In this document: one piece after another, positions 43,701 through 58,700 of the stretch
Position numbering within the stretch: the stretch's first letter is position 1
How the letters are laid out: each line of letters starts with the position of its first letter
DNA from: Antedon mediterranea
Lineage: Eukaryota; Animalia; Echinodermata
Length of the DNA: 64,000 nt
Assembly: GCF_964355755.1 (NCBI RefSeq)
Contig: NC_092679.1
Coordinates: 3,998,201-4,062,200 of the forward strand
Direction: 5' to 3'
Program-made: the position numbers and the translations under genes
The notes under the pieces: model-generated
Told to the model about the DNA's origin: nothing
Database searches by the model: none
The model's input: only the letters and a program-made list of their open reading frames with translations

Positions 43701-46700
43701 GCTCTTCTTGTTGAACATGGTTCTGGTCTGGTTGTAGAACAAGTTTTCACCCCTCCCCCCCCCCCTCTTCTCCTTTTCAAGCCATACAGTAGTAAGCATA
43801 CAATCTGAATGAGTTCAAGGCTCTTCTTGTTGAACATGGTTCTGGTCTGGTTGTAGAACAAGTCCCCCTCCCACCCTCCCAATAAGAACTTAAAACAGAA
43901 GTTCCAGTACATACATCTGGCTATGTGTACTGTAGCAAAGATTCTTTTGAAAGAATAACTGAACCATCTCACCCAATGTGACTACTGAGAATGAACTATT
44001 CTAAAAAAAAAGAAGGCAATTTTTGAGCTTCATAAACCAGTTTACCCCTGGATATGTTATCACAGTGAGTAAGTTACTGTAGTCAGAAATGTGTGTTTAT
44101 GACTAGATGTATTATTACTTTAGGCTTGATAGAGTATAATAATAGGATGGTTATATTGTCCATTTTTAATATAGATTTGGATGGGTAACCATATGAAGCT
44201 TAATCCCGTAGACAATGCACATTTATACTACAGACCGTGAGAATTCTAAGCCTCGAATTTATCAAATAAACATTTCTAAAAAGCGGTTTATTGTTGAACA
44301 GACTTCAAGTTCATCTGTAGTTTAGTCTTTATGTATTCAAATCTTTTAAACCACAGATCCAAAGTAACAATATTCTAGTTTTGTTATTTTACTGAAGATC
44401 ACACTAATCTCCCGAAAATAATGTGCATAAGTTTTATCCCATACATGTAGGCCTACACAGGACCAACTTCTCAACATCCCATCCAAAGGACGACGATACT
44501 GTAGGCAACAGGAATAAAGCACTGTAGCATGAAGGCCAACTCAGACAGCATTGTACGACACCGAAATAAACACTCAACAGTTCACTTTTGTTACTTTTAC
44601 TTTTTATTTCTATTTGTACTTTTATTGTTTTATTTGCTAATTAGATATCTGTATTATAGGGTAATGCGTTTAAAAGCTTCGGCTCATTACATACCCGTTT
44701 TGTATCAAATAAGTTTATAGAAATATTCTTGTGAAAGAAATACTGTATAAAAATATTTGTTTTGTTGATACAAATAAATGGTACGTATAGTACTGCGAAT
44801 GAAAACCGCCTCATCGGAATTCAACTCGGTCAGCACAGACGAGTCAAGACGTTTTGTCGGGCCTCGTTGTACAATGCTGTCTGAGTTGGCCTTTAGGAAA
44901 CAGTTGCCACAGTGCCTTATCATGTCATGTGCCTTACCATTGTGCCATCTCAATCTTAATGCAAAAAAACTGTACCATGTATTTCATGATCATTTCTCTG
45001 TCTAATTAAACTCAGTCTGATTAAATTTCATTACGGTATGCGTTTCGGGTTTCATTATGAATGTTACACATTCGATAACAACCAATAACGCAGATTTATA
45101 TTTCAGTATACAGACAATCGTTATCTTCGGATGAGTATATATATTCCAGAACTGTGATAAGTGTTTCTTAAATTTCATATCTTGATGCTGTGTTGTTGAA
45201 GTTGCTACAATTAATCAACCGTATATTAAATCAATATTCATAAAATGATGTACTGTATTTCAAGACAGCCTCTCTAAACATCACATTTCAAAATACATAG
45301 TATATCCACGTTTCTGATTAAATACAATCATATCGTTTTACTAATTTTCATGGATGAATATTGATGCGTTATTTTTCAACGTGTTCACGTTTCTGGTTTC
45401 ATGATTATATTCTCAACACGTTTGTAAACTAGGACAGTATTAATGTATGTAATTCAACTGGGTTTGTCGAATACAACATACCGACAGTAATTGCCTGAGG
45501 GAAAAAAAGAAGTGTTAAATAAGATGTTTAAAAATTATGTTGAGAGTATTACACAGAGAATGGTGATATGTAAAGCTCTGTCTACACTATTAAATTGTAT
45601 GTGACAAAAAAATGTGATGTGTCCATATGGACATGATGATGTCATATCACTACTATATTTGTGCATATCACTACCATATTTTTGCACATCACATATTTTT
45701 TGTCAAACTAGTTTAGTTTAGAGCGTAAGAAATACTTTGTTGTGCAAACTAAAAACCAAAGTTTAAAATCTCAATGACAACATTAATAGTAAAGTAAATA
45801 TGGTTAGGAATTCAAAGTCCAAATTTGTATGATAAAAAACTTTCCTACTGTATACTGTATGAAAACATCTATTTGATGTTTAATGAAAAAAAAATAGAAT
45901 TAAACTGCAAACAATGTCAGTCCTATAGAAACTAAAACATAAAAATGCAGTGCCTATTAAAACTTTGCTTTCTTACAGATTTCAGTATGTCAAATGAATG
46001 ACCTGTTGTTAAAAAAATTAACCTTTCTTTATAACTATTTAAGCACAATACTGTACTGTAGGCCCAATAAAGTGATTTGTAATATAGTAATAATATACAA
46101 GTTAGTTCTTGTAAAGCACCAGATTCAAACGAATGACGGTTGACTCCAAAAGTGCTCTTAATTCATAAACAATAATATAAAAATTAATAGAGAGAACATA
46201 AATTATTATGCCTTGAATAACAAACATTTGGTTTCTATACTAAAGTATGCCTGTGTTCAGACTTAGTTACTCAGTAAGTTGGTTCCTACCCATCAAAGTT
46301 AACGATAACTGAATGTGAGATGTCAAATGAACAAGTTTGTATATTTGTTTTGAAATTTGAAATGTTTTTTTATACATTACAGGATTCTCTTGAGCAGTTG
46401 ATTGTGATGGAGTTACCTCGCATCTTCACTATTGCGAAAGATCCTGTCAGCGAAGAGGCCTTCAACGAAATACAGAAGCTTCTATTACTCATGCTCGGGT
46501 GCGCCGTGCAGTGCGAACTAAAACAGGAATTTGTCGAAGGAATTAAACTGTTGGATATTCATGTACAACATGCTATTGTGAATCATATTCAAGAGGTAAG
46601 GTAGTGAGTCCGTGGGCTAGTCTGTTGTACTAGCCCCATGCAATTTGCTAGCCCAAAAAAATTACCATTATGACGATTATAAATCCATACTCGAGTATAA

Positions 46701-49700
46701 TCCCACCCCATAGTTTTTGCTAAATTCAAAACTTTGGTAAATTTTTGTTCATACAATTAAAGTACTATAATCCCACCCTCTGATTTTAGCCAAATTTTAT
46801 ACCTTGGTCCATGGGACTATATTTGGTCATAGGTTATAGTAAGGTACTAAATCAATCTCTTGACAGGTGTCGTTGTTTGCCAAACATTATTTGTATTTTT
46901 TAATAAATTATTATGATTTGTGATCATTCAAAAACACACTATCCCCTGTGAGGATCAATAGACATTTGATTGTCAATTTGAATAGCTTATTTACATTGGG
47001 CATAAACAGTTTATATATCCCGAGGGGCTCCTGAGGGTCTATAGACCCTAATTGACACTAAATAGCCTTATCACAATATTACTATGCTATTCAAACTGAC
47101 AGTTTTATAGTGTACTCGCTGTAAAAATGTTACTGTCTGTCAATGTCAGAAAACTAACTACACATTAGATTTAAACTATACATACACCTGAATTGACCAG
47201 ACAATGTATTTTTCGGATGTAGATGTAGTATAACTAGAATACTGAACTCTGACTACATAAAATAGCATGGTCTGTTTTATGCCTAGCTTACCTGGATAAA
47301 CCGAAAATGCTCTATTCTTCTCGAAGAGCGAGATATACTCGAAAACACCCTCTCCATAAATGGTACAGTCCAAAAATATAAAACAACGCACATAAAACAC
47401 TACAATTGAATTTGAATAACTTTTGGAATTATTTATTCCTGATGTTGACATGACATGACAATCACATTAAATTGTAATTCACAAAAAAGTCATTTGGTTT
47501 ATTCCACGAGATTATGCTACCATGGCGATAAATTACAATCAATGAAATCACACATGTTGTTATCGCTCAGAAGATTAGAATATTCTTATTGTGGTATTAA
47601 AATAGCTACAGGGATGTGGTTACATTGGTGAAGACAAAAGAAATTGAAAACCATCAGTTAACATGGCTTTATTGGATGTTTATCAAGTCCTTTTGTCGTG
47701 TCTGTTGTTTTTGTTAATGATCTTGAAAAGTAAAAGTGAAGCTATTTTCATTGTTGAATAGTCCTTCTTGATGGTAAGCTAAAGCAGCAGTCCTACATCT
47801 TACCACAGCGACCTGTTTTAAATTAAAGATGTATTGTCCCCCAAAAACATGAAAAATGAAGATTAATTAAATCAGACTTTGAATAGTTTATTTTGTAGTT
47901 TTAATAAAGTTAATCACTTCTGTAGAAAAAAAAAAAGAAACCGCTCAAAAAATGTTTTCACTTATAAAATAACATGATAAATAGATAAATTTATGGAACG
48001 CCGTTTACGCAACATTTCAATGATATGAATTTTATGACGCGATATGTGAATGAAATGCATCGATATGAATTGAATGGCGCGATATATGAATGAAATGTTT
48101 TGAATTGAATGCTTTGAATTGAATGTTTTGAATAAAATGTTTTGAATGAAATTTTTTGAATGAAATGTTTTGAATTGAATGTTTTGAATAAAATGTTTTG
48201 AACGAAATGTTTTGAATGAAATGTTTTGAATGAAATGTTTTGAATGAAATGTTTGAATTGAATTGAAAAGTCAAACTATTGGTGGCGTATGTCATTCCCG
48301 CTCGCGATTTTTTTCTCAACCTCTTAGGCCTAAGCGTGGGTACCCTCATCTCCTTTCCACGCTGCCTTTACAGAGAATCCTAAAGCCTGGCGCACACTAG
48401 AGCTTTCGGCTGAGCCAACTGGCACGAGTAACACTTGGCTCACTAAAAAATTTGCCGCAAACTATGTTCGCGTTCTATCGGACGCACACTAAACGTCTTG
48501 AGTACGCGATTTTCTGATTGGATAATTACTTACTACGCTATACAGCACGCGCTGAAATATCATAATAAATCAGAACATGTCATGCGCAGTGGAATTTTTT
48601 AGTGAGCAGGAAGCTCACGTTCGGCGCACACTTGAGGAAAATGGCACGCGTGCCAAAAAATATTAAACACGATAGATATTTTCCTCAGCGGCACGCGTGG
48701 CCGATTCCTCACGAAATCCCCGGCGCACACTTGAGGCAAGTGTTACTCGTGCCAGTTGGCTCAGCCGGAAGCTCTAGTGTGCGCCGGGCTTAACAGACCT
48801 GGGTTCGGAAATATGTATTCCAATGTTTCAGGTCTGTTAGGATTCTCTGTAAAGGATCCATATTGATGACACCGTGGAAAGGAGATGAGGGTACCCAGGC
48901 TTAGGCCTAAGAGGTTAAAACAAAATCGCGAGCGGGAATGACATACGCCGCCAATAGTTTGACTTTTCAATTCAATTCAAACATTTCATTCAAAACATTT
49001 CATTCAAAACATTTCATTCAAAACATTTCGTTCAAAACATTTCATTCAAAACATTTTATTCAAAACATTCAATTCAAAACATTTCATTCAGTATCTCGCG
49101 CCATTCAATTCATATCGATGCATTTCATTCACATATCGCGTCATAAAATTCATATCATCAAAATGTTGCGTAAACGGCGTTCCATATAAATTGACTGGCA
49201 GCCAATTTGACAATTTTTTGCTTTAAATTACAGTTTTTTTCAGGTAAATATATTTTGTTTCGATTTAATTTTTGGTCAAAGTGGATACCTATAATGGGAA
49301 ATTAAAATTGCATATTCAACAACAAAAAATGTAAAAAAATATTTTTCATGGGCACAATGCATCTTTAACTTGTTTGATATATTAATTTTGAATATAGACA
49401 TTCTACTTAGTGATAAGAACGTTTGGTGTGTTTTGGACATTCCCAACATTATTATTATTTTTAGTACATATACTTCATTTTCACAAAATGACCAACACAA
49501 TTAATGATGTTGACCACTTGAAAATATTGACTGTTTGAAATGTAAGTTTTACACTATAAATTAGTACTAATTAGCCCTTATTTCTTTCATTATTCTGTGG
49601 ATATTACTAATTGTAACCTTGCCAATTGCTGTATTATGCCAGACTTATTTTATAGCATAGCCTAAGGGTATATGTGTCACTTTTACACCTTTTACAATTT

Positions 49701-52700
49701 TCATTCATAGCTGCCTCTCTCCATGGAGTATTGTCAGGCATACTTTGTAATATTAGGGCTGTACAGCCAAAACCCGAATACCAGAGTCCTGGGTTAAAAT
49801 CCTGTCAGATGCCAGGATTTTTTTTCTTCTAACAGAACAACTCCACTTGGAATAGGAAGTTGTTTTTGTTTGTGTAAGGTATCTCGTATCTGCTTTATTA
49901 TCCACTAGCCTTAACAGCTATGTGTTTATCTGGCCCCTCCAAACTGTTCAAATCATGGATTCCACATTTTTATTTTAATTATAACCAGAACGAAAAAGTT
50001 TCCTATTTACTCGCCAGTATTGTCTATCTGATCTTCATGCAAAGGAAGAGGAGTTGCACGGAAAGAATAAAAACCATTTTATAACCTCAGTTTCCTCTGG
50101 TCCAATAACAAACTGATGGTGTAGAGACAAAAGTCAATGTCCGAGGACATTGTTGAACTACTTATTCATTACAGTATCAGCATGCACAATAATAGATTTT
50201 ATTGGATCATAAAATTCTTTTATGTGAAAATTGAATCCAATGCAAATATCATTGAAATTGCTCAACTGGAAACGAAAAAAAATGTATTAAGTAGTGCCAC
50301 AAAGTTATATTTAATTTAACATTTGATAGACATACAGTAGTATTGTCATAGGTTAAAATATCGTGCCTATTGGTAACTTTGGTTTGTATATTTAGTTTTA
50401 CAATGTAATGTATTGAAAGTTATTAACATCAACAATACTGATACGTTTTTCATTGCTCTTTGTCAAGTGATTGCATTTATTCATAATCATGTCATTTCTA
50501 AAAATGCTATACATTACTGTATGTACAGTACTGTATATTAAATTCTATCTTGTAAATTTACACACATACTATACACTTGTTCAAGTGTCTATCAATTGGT
50601 ATTAAAATTTAGAACTTATTTAATAACAAAAACCTTTATAAAAACCACTTTTGCATTGAAATCAAGGAAAAATAACATAGAAAATATAAAGTCTTGAATA
50701 CTTTTCAAAATATGGTTGCTAATTTTACTGTTAAAAGGAAATGTAAATTATTATTGTATACATTCAACGCACATTTTATTTTGTTTAAAATAACGACTAA
50801 ACCAAACCGATATTTCTTTTTACACAGATTACCGACAATAATGAGAACGTATGCAGTCTGAACAAAAACATTTATAAAACCACTTTTTCATTAAAATCAA
50901 TGAAAAATAATTTGTTAAAGTCTTGAATACATTAAAAAAAATATGGTTTCTAATGTTACTATTAAAAGGAAATGTACATACATTCAACGCACATAGATTT
51001 GTTTATTAACGACTAAACCAAACCAATATTTCTTAAACAGATAACCGACAATAATGAGAACGTATGCAGTCTGAACTGGGGTGAATTTGTGGACATGTCG
51101 ATGGAACAGATAGATTTACAATCTCGAAATATGTTCAGTCATATGAAACGAATCGTCAAGGAAAGAGATAATTACTCGGAGGTAAGATGAGTATTTTAAT
51201 TTTATGTATGTGAATGAAAAGTTAGCTCTGTCCACACTATCAAACTTCATGTGACAAAAAAATGTGATGTGCCCATATAAGGACATGATGATGTCATATC
51301 ACTTCTATATTAGGCATATCACTACCATATATGGGCACATCACACTTCTTTCGTCAAACTAACTTGATAGTGTACTGTAGACAGAGATTTAGGGTGGGTG
51401 TTTACAAGGAAAGGGAGACCTACAAGAAGATCATGAATACAAATAAAAGTCAACTGAGAGATCTTCGACGTGCGATTGAAACATTGTTGATACAAATAAT
51501 GTATACCGAAGATCGTTAAATTTTAATCGATACCCCACACGATATGAAACTGTTCAATTCAATGCGGTAATTGCTCATAAAATTTGGCGTTTAAGAACGC
51601 GCCGGGCCTTTGGGAGAATCAATATCGGAATCTTATGAGCTTGCTCAGCCGTTTCAAATGTTTAAAGATAAAAATCGTTCAAGCATGTTAATAAATGCAT
51701 AATGTATTGGAAGGCTTGTGTGTACAGGATTATTTGCGTAATGCGATTTTGAAACAAATATTCCTGGTATTTAAAACACAAACAAGAAAATAAACTATTT
51801 AATATTTTATTTAATATTCTATTCTATTTTAAATAATAAGAAATAAATATGAACATACAACTGTAAATATTTAATTGATATTACACCTCGGAAAGCTAAA
51901 CAATTTTTTCAGTTTCCATTATCCTGTACTTGAACTGAACCATAGATTTTATTATTAGATTAGAGTACTGTATATAACGTATTGAACTAGAAACAATATA
52001 CTTTCTACAATTTCCATCATGCTCGAAGGCTAAATGCTAAAAGACATCTGAATTATATAATGTACACAATAATTTTCCTAACTAATGTTAAATTCATCTC
52101 TGCATACATTTGATTAATAGTGGTGATAATCCTGCTTATATTCGTTGTTTAATGCTCGTTATTTTGATGCTTCGTTAAACAAGCAAGTGTTGGACAAGGG
52201 TCAGCAATGGATTATCATCTAATTTTAAATTGTGTACACTTAATACTGTATTTATGCGGCATGATTTTACTATAGCATAGGTCATTCAAAGGTCGTTTTA
52301 CTATTTATCATGACTATGTGTACAATCCACCTCATAATGAGTAGCTCTGCAAGACTAGTTTGTGCAGATGTTGAAAATTGTGTACACTGAAGCTAAACAG
52401 GCTCATTAGTATGCACCTTTGTTTAAACATAGAATAGTACATTGCAAGTGTTTATTTAATTTATTTTCTCACATTTTCAGACCATTATGGAACTCAGCCA
52501 AGAGAAGGATTTTCTGCAGGTGCAAATTGAAGGACGCAAAAGCATTTCCCCACCGATGAGCCCCACCGCGAATCGGCATCAAATGACCGTCGAACTGGCG
52601 GAGACGAAAGCTAAGCTTAGACGGACGCGGCAAGAGATGGAAGAGAAAGCAGAACAAGCATTAGAATACAAAGAAGAGCTGGATCGATTCGGTCAGCAAC

Positions 52701-55700
52701 TACATAAGCTGCGGCAAGAGGTATAAAACCAAGCTCAGCACTTTCTCTTTTAACGATCTTTCACACCTGTTCCGGTCTGGCGCAGGCAAATCAAATCGAA
52801 TATAAATGTTTCGGTTTCAAGCGACTATGCGTATAACGATTGCCGTATAGCTGCATGAAGCATCTTGAAAATGAAATTGCTGTTCGATTTGATTTGGTGG
52901 CGCCGGAACAGATGTGAAATGGCTTCTTTCTTTCTTTATTTCCATTCATTATACACAATCATAAACATACACAATAAACATAGTACAAAGAGAAAAAAAA
53001 AGAATGGAAAGGGGAAATCTCGGAAGCACAGCTTATATAAAGACCCTTCAGACAATCAATTTCTGACCATTTTAACATGTGCTACTGTGCACTGTATTTC
53101 AATTAATATCTTTGGCTTAAACCACCATCTGACCCATTGACTCTTATGAGTAATAGAAGATACAATGTGAGTCAGTGCGAATGCACCAGAGTGCAAGATG
53201 CGCACAAACCTTTACCTGTGTTTCAATAAATAACGGCATGGTTGTTATGATCTGTTAATACCATGTTTGTCGTCTGTTTACTAACTTAGATACGGACGTA
53301 ATGAATTAATTTCAGTTTCTAATGAAAACGTTATATATCACCTTATTAGATCTTTCAACATCAATTAAGACAGAAAATGCATAATTTGTCAATAAGTTCT
53401 TTCCAACATATTGATTGCTAGCATCGCTTGTCTAGTCATGTCATTGCAGATATGAGAGAGCGTCTTATAGTGGCTGCACTGACATGACATGACCCGTAGG
53501 GGAGAAGCATGTACAGTAGTTGAAAAGTGTATCATCTGAGTCAACAGCGCTTAGAGTCTATTTGTATTTTGCGTTATACAAATTTAAAACCATTAACTTT
53601 AGCTATCGGTATGCTTATACCACCTGCCTTACAGTGAATATATGTCAGCAAATGCCTCCCATAGTTTTGCTATACAATGTGGCTAGCATTCCTTGCAGTC
53701 TAGGCAGTAGGAGTGCTGATAATACCTGCCTGAAGGCCTTATTAAACATGCGTGCCTTACTTAAAACAAATGTTGCTTGGATTATCCGTTGATATACACA
53801 ACAAAGATGTTGCTGGTGACATACTAATTGCTTTAACATGAAAAATAATCAATAAATCTCGAGCAGGAAATAGGACGAAAATGATATCAACATTGAAATT
53901 TACATACAGTATTTCAGATGTGAAATTGAAACCTCTTAAACATAATGAGTTATATTTTTGTCAAAAGATTGTCCAGTGTTAACTCCATCACACTTGATAG
54001 TATTAAGGCTTTTAACAGATCATATGATAGTAACAAGCCCATCAAGAAATATCATCCCACCTTCATATTTTTATGCAAAATCTTCAATGGCAGGTGATAT
54101 AGGCTAAGGTTAAGGGAAAGTGACTTACTGGTTATAATATAATGATTCCTAGCTGTATATAAAACATTTTATCTTCCTTATGTAAACTTGTTCTACACTG
54201 AGTACAACATGTGTGGCTATTACCATGTTAATCCATCTCACCAGAAAGATCTAAGCTGTACAACAAGAGCCACGTGCACAAGATTAATCCAAAACCTGTT
54301 CAGAACCCCCTGGAGTTATGTAGATCCTTTTCTAAAAGATTAAGTTGTTGCCCATATTCCCTGCATTTAATCAAAAGATAATTGTTATTTCCCCCATACC
54401 TGCAAATAACTTTTTTTTCTGTTTCAAAACAAGAGGTTTTGTTATAGCCTGTATTCATGCAAATCCAAAGATAATCCTAGAAATCCAAAGATAATCCAAT
54501 CACCCCCCCCCCCCCCCTCTTTCTATGCAAATAAAAACAAAAGAGCCCCTTCAGATCATACATGTAGTTGGTTTTTTCCTCTCTTCCTTAAATCAAGAGA
54601 GGGTTGTATTGTCAGCCCTAATCCTACAGGTCAAAGGTGAACAGCTTTTACCTATGAAATTGTATGTATTCTGTTGGAGTGAATTTGAAATAATTGAAAG
54701 GCATAAACTTGTTTATTTTGTACTAGACGTACATACAATGCTTAATTCAATGTCAATATTCTAATCTGAGAATGCCTTGAATAGTCTTTTTTATGTCTCA
54801 AATAATCTAATAGTAAAAGCCTAACTATTCTACAGAGTCTAAAGATTTTAGCTGAATTCAACTCCATATATTGAGAACAACCTGTTAGTGTTATGAATGG
54901 TTTTTACACAGCAAAAAGAGCGTTGTATCCAGAATGATATTTCTGAAGCTCTGTCTACACTATTAAACTAGTTTGACAAAAAAAAGTGTCCAAATACGGT
55001 AGTGATATACCCAAATATGACATCATGTCCATATAATGAGCACATCACATTTTGTTGTCACATAAAGTTTGATAGTGTAGACAGAGCTTAATATTTTCTT
55101 GACTATAGTCCAAGTACAAAATTGTACTTTCAGTTTAATGTAGACCTATAATGACCTCTTTCTCCTCCATTAAATTGGTATTTAAATGACCTTTATTCTT
55201 GACATTTATAATTTATAAGTGGAAGAACTTAGGAAATAAATACTTCCATTATGCAATTGGTTACTTCCTATAGGCAGCTAACACAATCAAATTATTGATG
55301 CACTCAATTCAATTCAGTATATGTTTGATTTCATTTACGTTATTCTCAAGTAACATCATGTAAGAATATTTCTCATAAATCATACCATCACATGAAATGA
55401 CCCAATTTTCTCTTATATTTCCAAGATACTGGTAGTTTGCATTTATGCCTTTATTACAGACATATCATCAATCATAAACCATCAAAACTTAGCAATATAC
55501 AGATTTGGCATAAGGTACAAATGTACAGTGTGTATTTCATAAGTTTCTACTCAAAGTAATAAGCTAAAAATATTTGTATGTGGATATCAAATAAATCCAG
55601 GTTGTGGAATAAAGGTACATTATGTCAATGCGCGAAAAAATAAAAGTCACATAACACAGAAACTGAAATAACTACATTTTTAATTGGTACATAAAATCAT

Positions 55701-58700
55701 CTAGTATTAGTAATGTGTTAATAAATCAAATGGCCGATTTGACTACACAAGTTTGACAGCTTTGAAAAAGAAAGATTTATACTTTGCTTGGGAGCAAGAT
55801 ATTACACAAGTTGTGAACCCCAGACACTTTTTACGAGATTAACCCAGATACAATGTGGATCATATCATGGGTAAACATTACAATTTGTAAGATTTTAAAT
55901 GTATCATGTGACGGTCGTATAAAAGTAAGTGAAACAAAAAGGATTTGCAGTGTACTATAAATGACAAATGACTTGTTTTTCACAAACCATGTGACCTAAA
56001 CGAAACTTAAATATATAGATATAATAAATAATATAAGAACCCCTCCTTTGGAACAGCCCTATTAGGGGAACACTTTCCTGTGCAACGAATGAGGGGAACA
56101 TAAGTTTCAACACTACACCCAACTCCTATTCAAGGGACAACCCTATTAGGTGAGCACTTTCCTGTGCAACGAATGAGGGGAACATAAGTTTCAACACTAC
56201 ACCCAACTCCTATTCAAGGGACACCCCTATTAGGGGAACACTTTCCTGTGAAATGAATGAGAGGAACATAAGTTTCAACACTACACCCAACTCCTATTCA
56301 AGGGAAAACCCTTATTAGTAAATTACTTTAGTAAATTACTTTCAATAAATCTATAATTATATTATAATCATGAATCATTCCTGATTCAAATGCAAAATGT
56401 GCAAAATAGATCAAAAACTATACTCGTTTTTTAGTTACGAATATGACTGGTGATATTTGTCAACACGAATACGCTTTACGAATATGAAATGGGGATCAGC
56501 TCAAAAGTTTCACAAATGTGTGACGTATCCGTTTTCGTTATCGTATTTGTAAGGTTGCGAAACCTCCCTAATAAGTGTTAACACTATACCCAGCCCCTAT
56601 TTTAGGGACAACCTATTAAGAAGACACTTTGTTGGGTCCCAAAGGTGTCACCTTAATAGGGTTCTACTTTAATTATAATCAATTTTATTTTACTGATATT
56701 CTTTTTTTTTCTTTGTCAGAATTTAACTTTGGTTCAAGATGCAAGGTCTGCTCGTGTGTACAGAGACGAGCTTGATGCGCTCAAAGAACAAGCCAGTAAA
56801 GTTGACAAGTATGAAATTGAAATCAGTAAATATAGAGAAAGACTCAACGAAATGGAATATGTAAAGAGACGAGTTGAGGTATGCTTTTCAACTTTATCTT
56901 TTCTTAAGCTCTGTCTACACTATCAAACTTTATTTGACAAAAAAACGTGATGTGCCCATTTTAGATGTCATATCACTACCATACAGGATTTGGGCATATC
57001 GCCACCATATTTAGGCACATCACACTTTTTTTGTCAAATTAGTTTGATAGTGTAGGCAGAGCTTTACTTTCAATTAACTTCTAAATAAAAAAAAATGACC
57101 TTATTTATTTGTGCCAAGACCTGAAATAGAAACTCTAATTAATTATTCAAATGAAAGGACGTTTCCTGTATTGTAATCGTCTTGAGCAGTAATTAAAAAA
57201 AGCATAACAAAATAAATTTGCAGATAGACAGAGTATCTTCAATAGAGTTTTTTAACAGGTTTTTTGCAATCTTTAAAGTTAGAAACAATCTGCAATGTTG
57301 TTAGGGTGTGTTTGAATCCAACACTCGGCGGTTGGATGATGGTGATTGTATCATTAGGCAAGATACTTTAGTTACATTTGCCTCTCTCCACCCAGGTGTC
57401 TAAAATGATTACCCGGTTAGATCAAGACAGTACATTGCGCTGGTTACTAGCTGCATTATTATGGGAGTATGTTTCCATACATGTTTGTTCCAAAAAAAAT
57501 GATTGGGATAATAATGTGAGGCGCTTAGAAGCATTATTATGCAATAAACGCTATAACAACGAATATTATTACTATTAAATGTTATATAATTTGACTATAT
57601 TATCAAATAAACAGGTGATTTAAGATAAAAGTCAAGGTAGAAAAGGTTGAACACACCTTTATAAGATATTCATTGTCTTATTTACAATCTTCTTTTCCTG
57701 CCTCGCTTCCTTCCCAATTTCCTGAGCATTAAAAAAAATCTAAAGCAGTTCCCGGTTTACCAAAAGAATTAATGGCGTATAAAGACAAATTGTTTCGAGA
57801 TTTCTAACTTTTAGTGTCTCTTCCAACCGACCGAGTTGTATATAAGTAATTCAGAACAATTTACATCATAGTCATAGTCATAGTCATATATACTTTATTG
57901 TCCATTTCAAAAAACAGAAATGTGATTTGAAAACTGGCAAAATACAAAATATAAATATCAAATACAATTTACAAAAACACAAAACACAAAAAGTTAAGTG
58001 GCTAAAAATAGTTAAAATTAGATAAATATTATTATTATTTAATTGTATTATATGATTTATTATTATATTGCACTAACGATGATTTAAAGTTTATATAAAA
58101 GCATTAAAAATACATGCGTGAGCTATAAAAATAAACAAAAGCGGTTTATTTTTATCTTTGTACTCTGGAGTTATATAAGTGTATAGCATTAGGTACAAAC
58201 GAGCACCTAAACCGTTTTGTTAAGTGCACGTAGTCTTATGCCAGAATTCATGAGGCCAAATTGTTTTTGAAGAGGATGTGTTTCATCATCAATGATACTT
58301 TTTACTTTTTTAAAACTAAATTCCTTGGTAACTATACATTTTTAAGGAATATAAAAATGATTAAAAACAGTTTATGGACAACAAATAGTCAACAGCATTG
58401 CAGAAAATCTCAACTTTAGATTGTTTGGAAGAAATCAAATTTCTATTGATAGTGTAAATGACAGTTATTGCAAGCAAACAAAGGAAATAGAATTGTACAG
58501 TTATTAGCATAAATAGAGTTAATTGAAATTAACATTTTACAAGATATCTCAATAAATCAAAACCTGTACAAACGTACACATGTACACAATTAGTATGCTG
58601 CAGTATGGTACATATGATTTATGATAGCTATGCATCACAGTATGTTGCGGCAAATTTGAAAGCAATCCTTATATCTATTGCTGTTTTAGTTGTTGAAGCG

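Larger units (their letters stand above)
47827..49364. mobile_element. Kolobok-like non-autonomous element (TTAA duplication), outer layer of a nest
   Basis: ttaa|AGATGTATTGTCCCC ... GGGCACAATGCATCT|ttaa. The same left end recurs at ~23708-23733. Confidence 0.75.

Noticed and set aside
31390-46382. Possible nested gene in the 15-kb Girdin intron
   Set aside because: Only short, compositionally biased ORFs; I found no chain of in-phase exons. A small or non-coding gene cannot be excluded by eye.
48032-49189. Mirror ORFs with [14 protein letters not shown] repeats
   Set aside because: They arise from the 14-bp repeats in the two arms of the palindromic transposon.
51389-51720. Possible L1/Tx1 ORF2 C-terminal remnant (HKIWRLR motif)
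   Set aside because: Similarity is too weak and interrupted to support without a BLASTx search.
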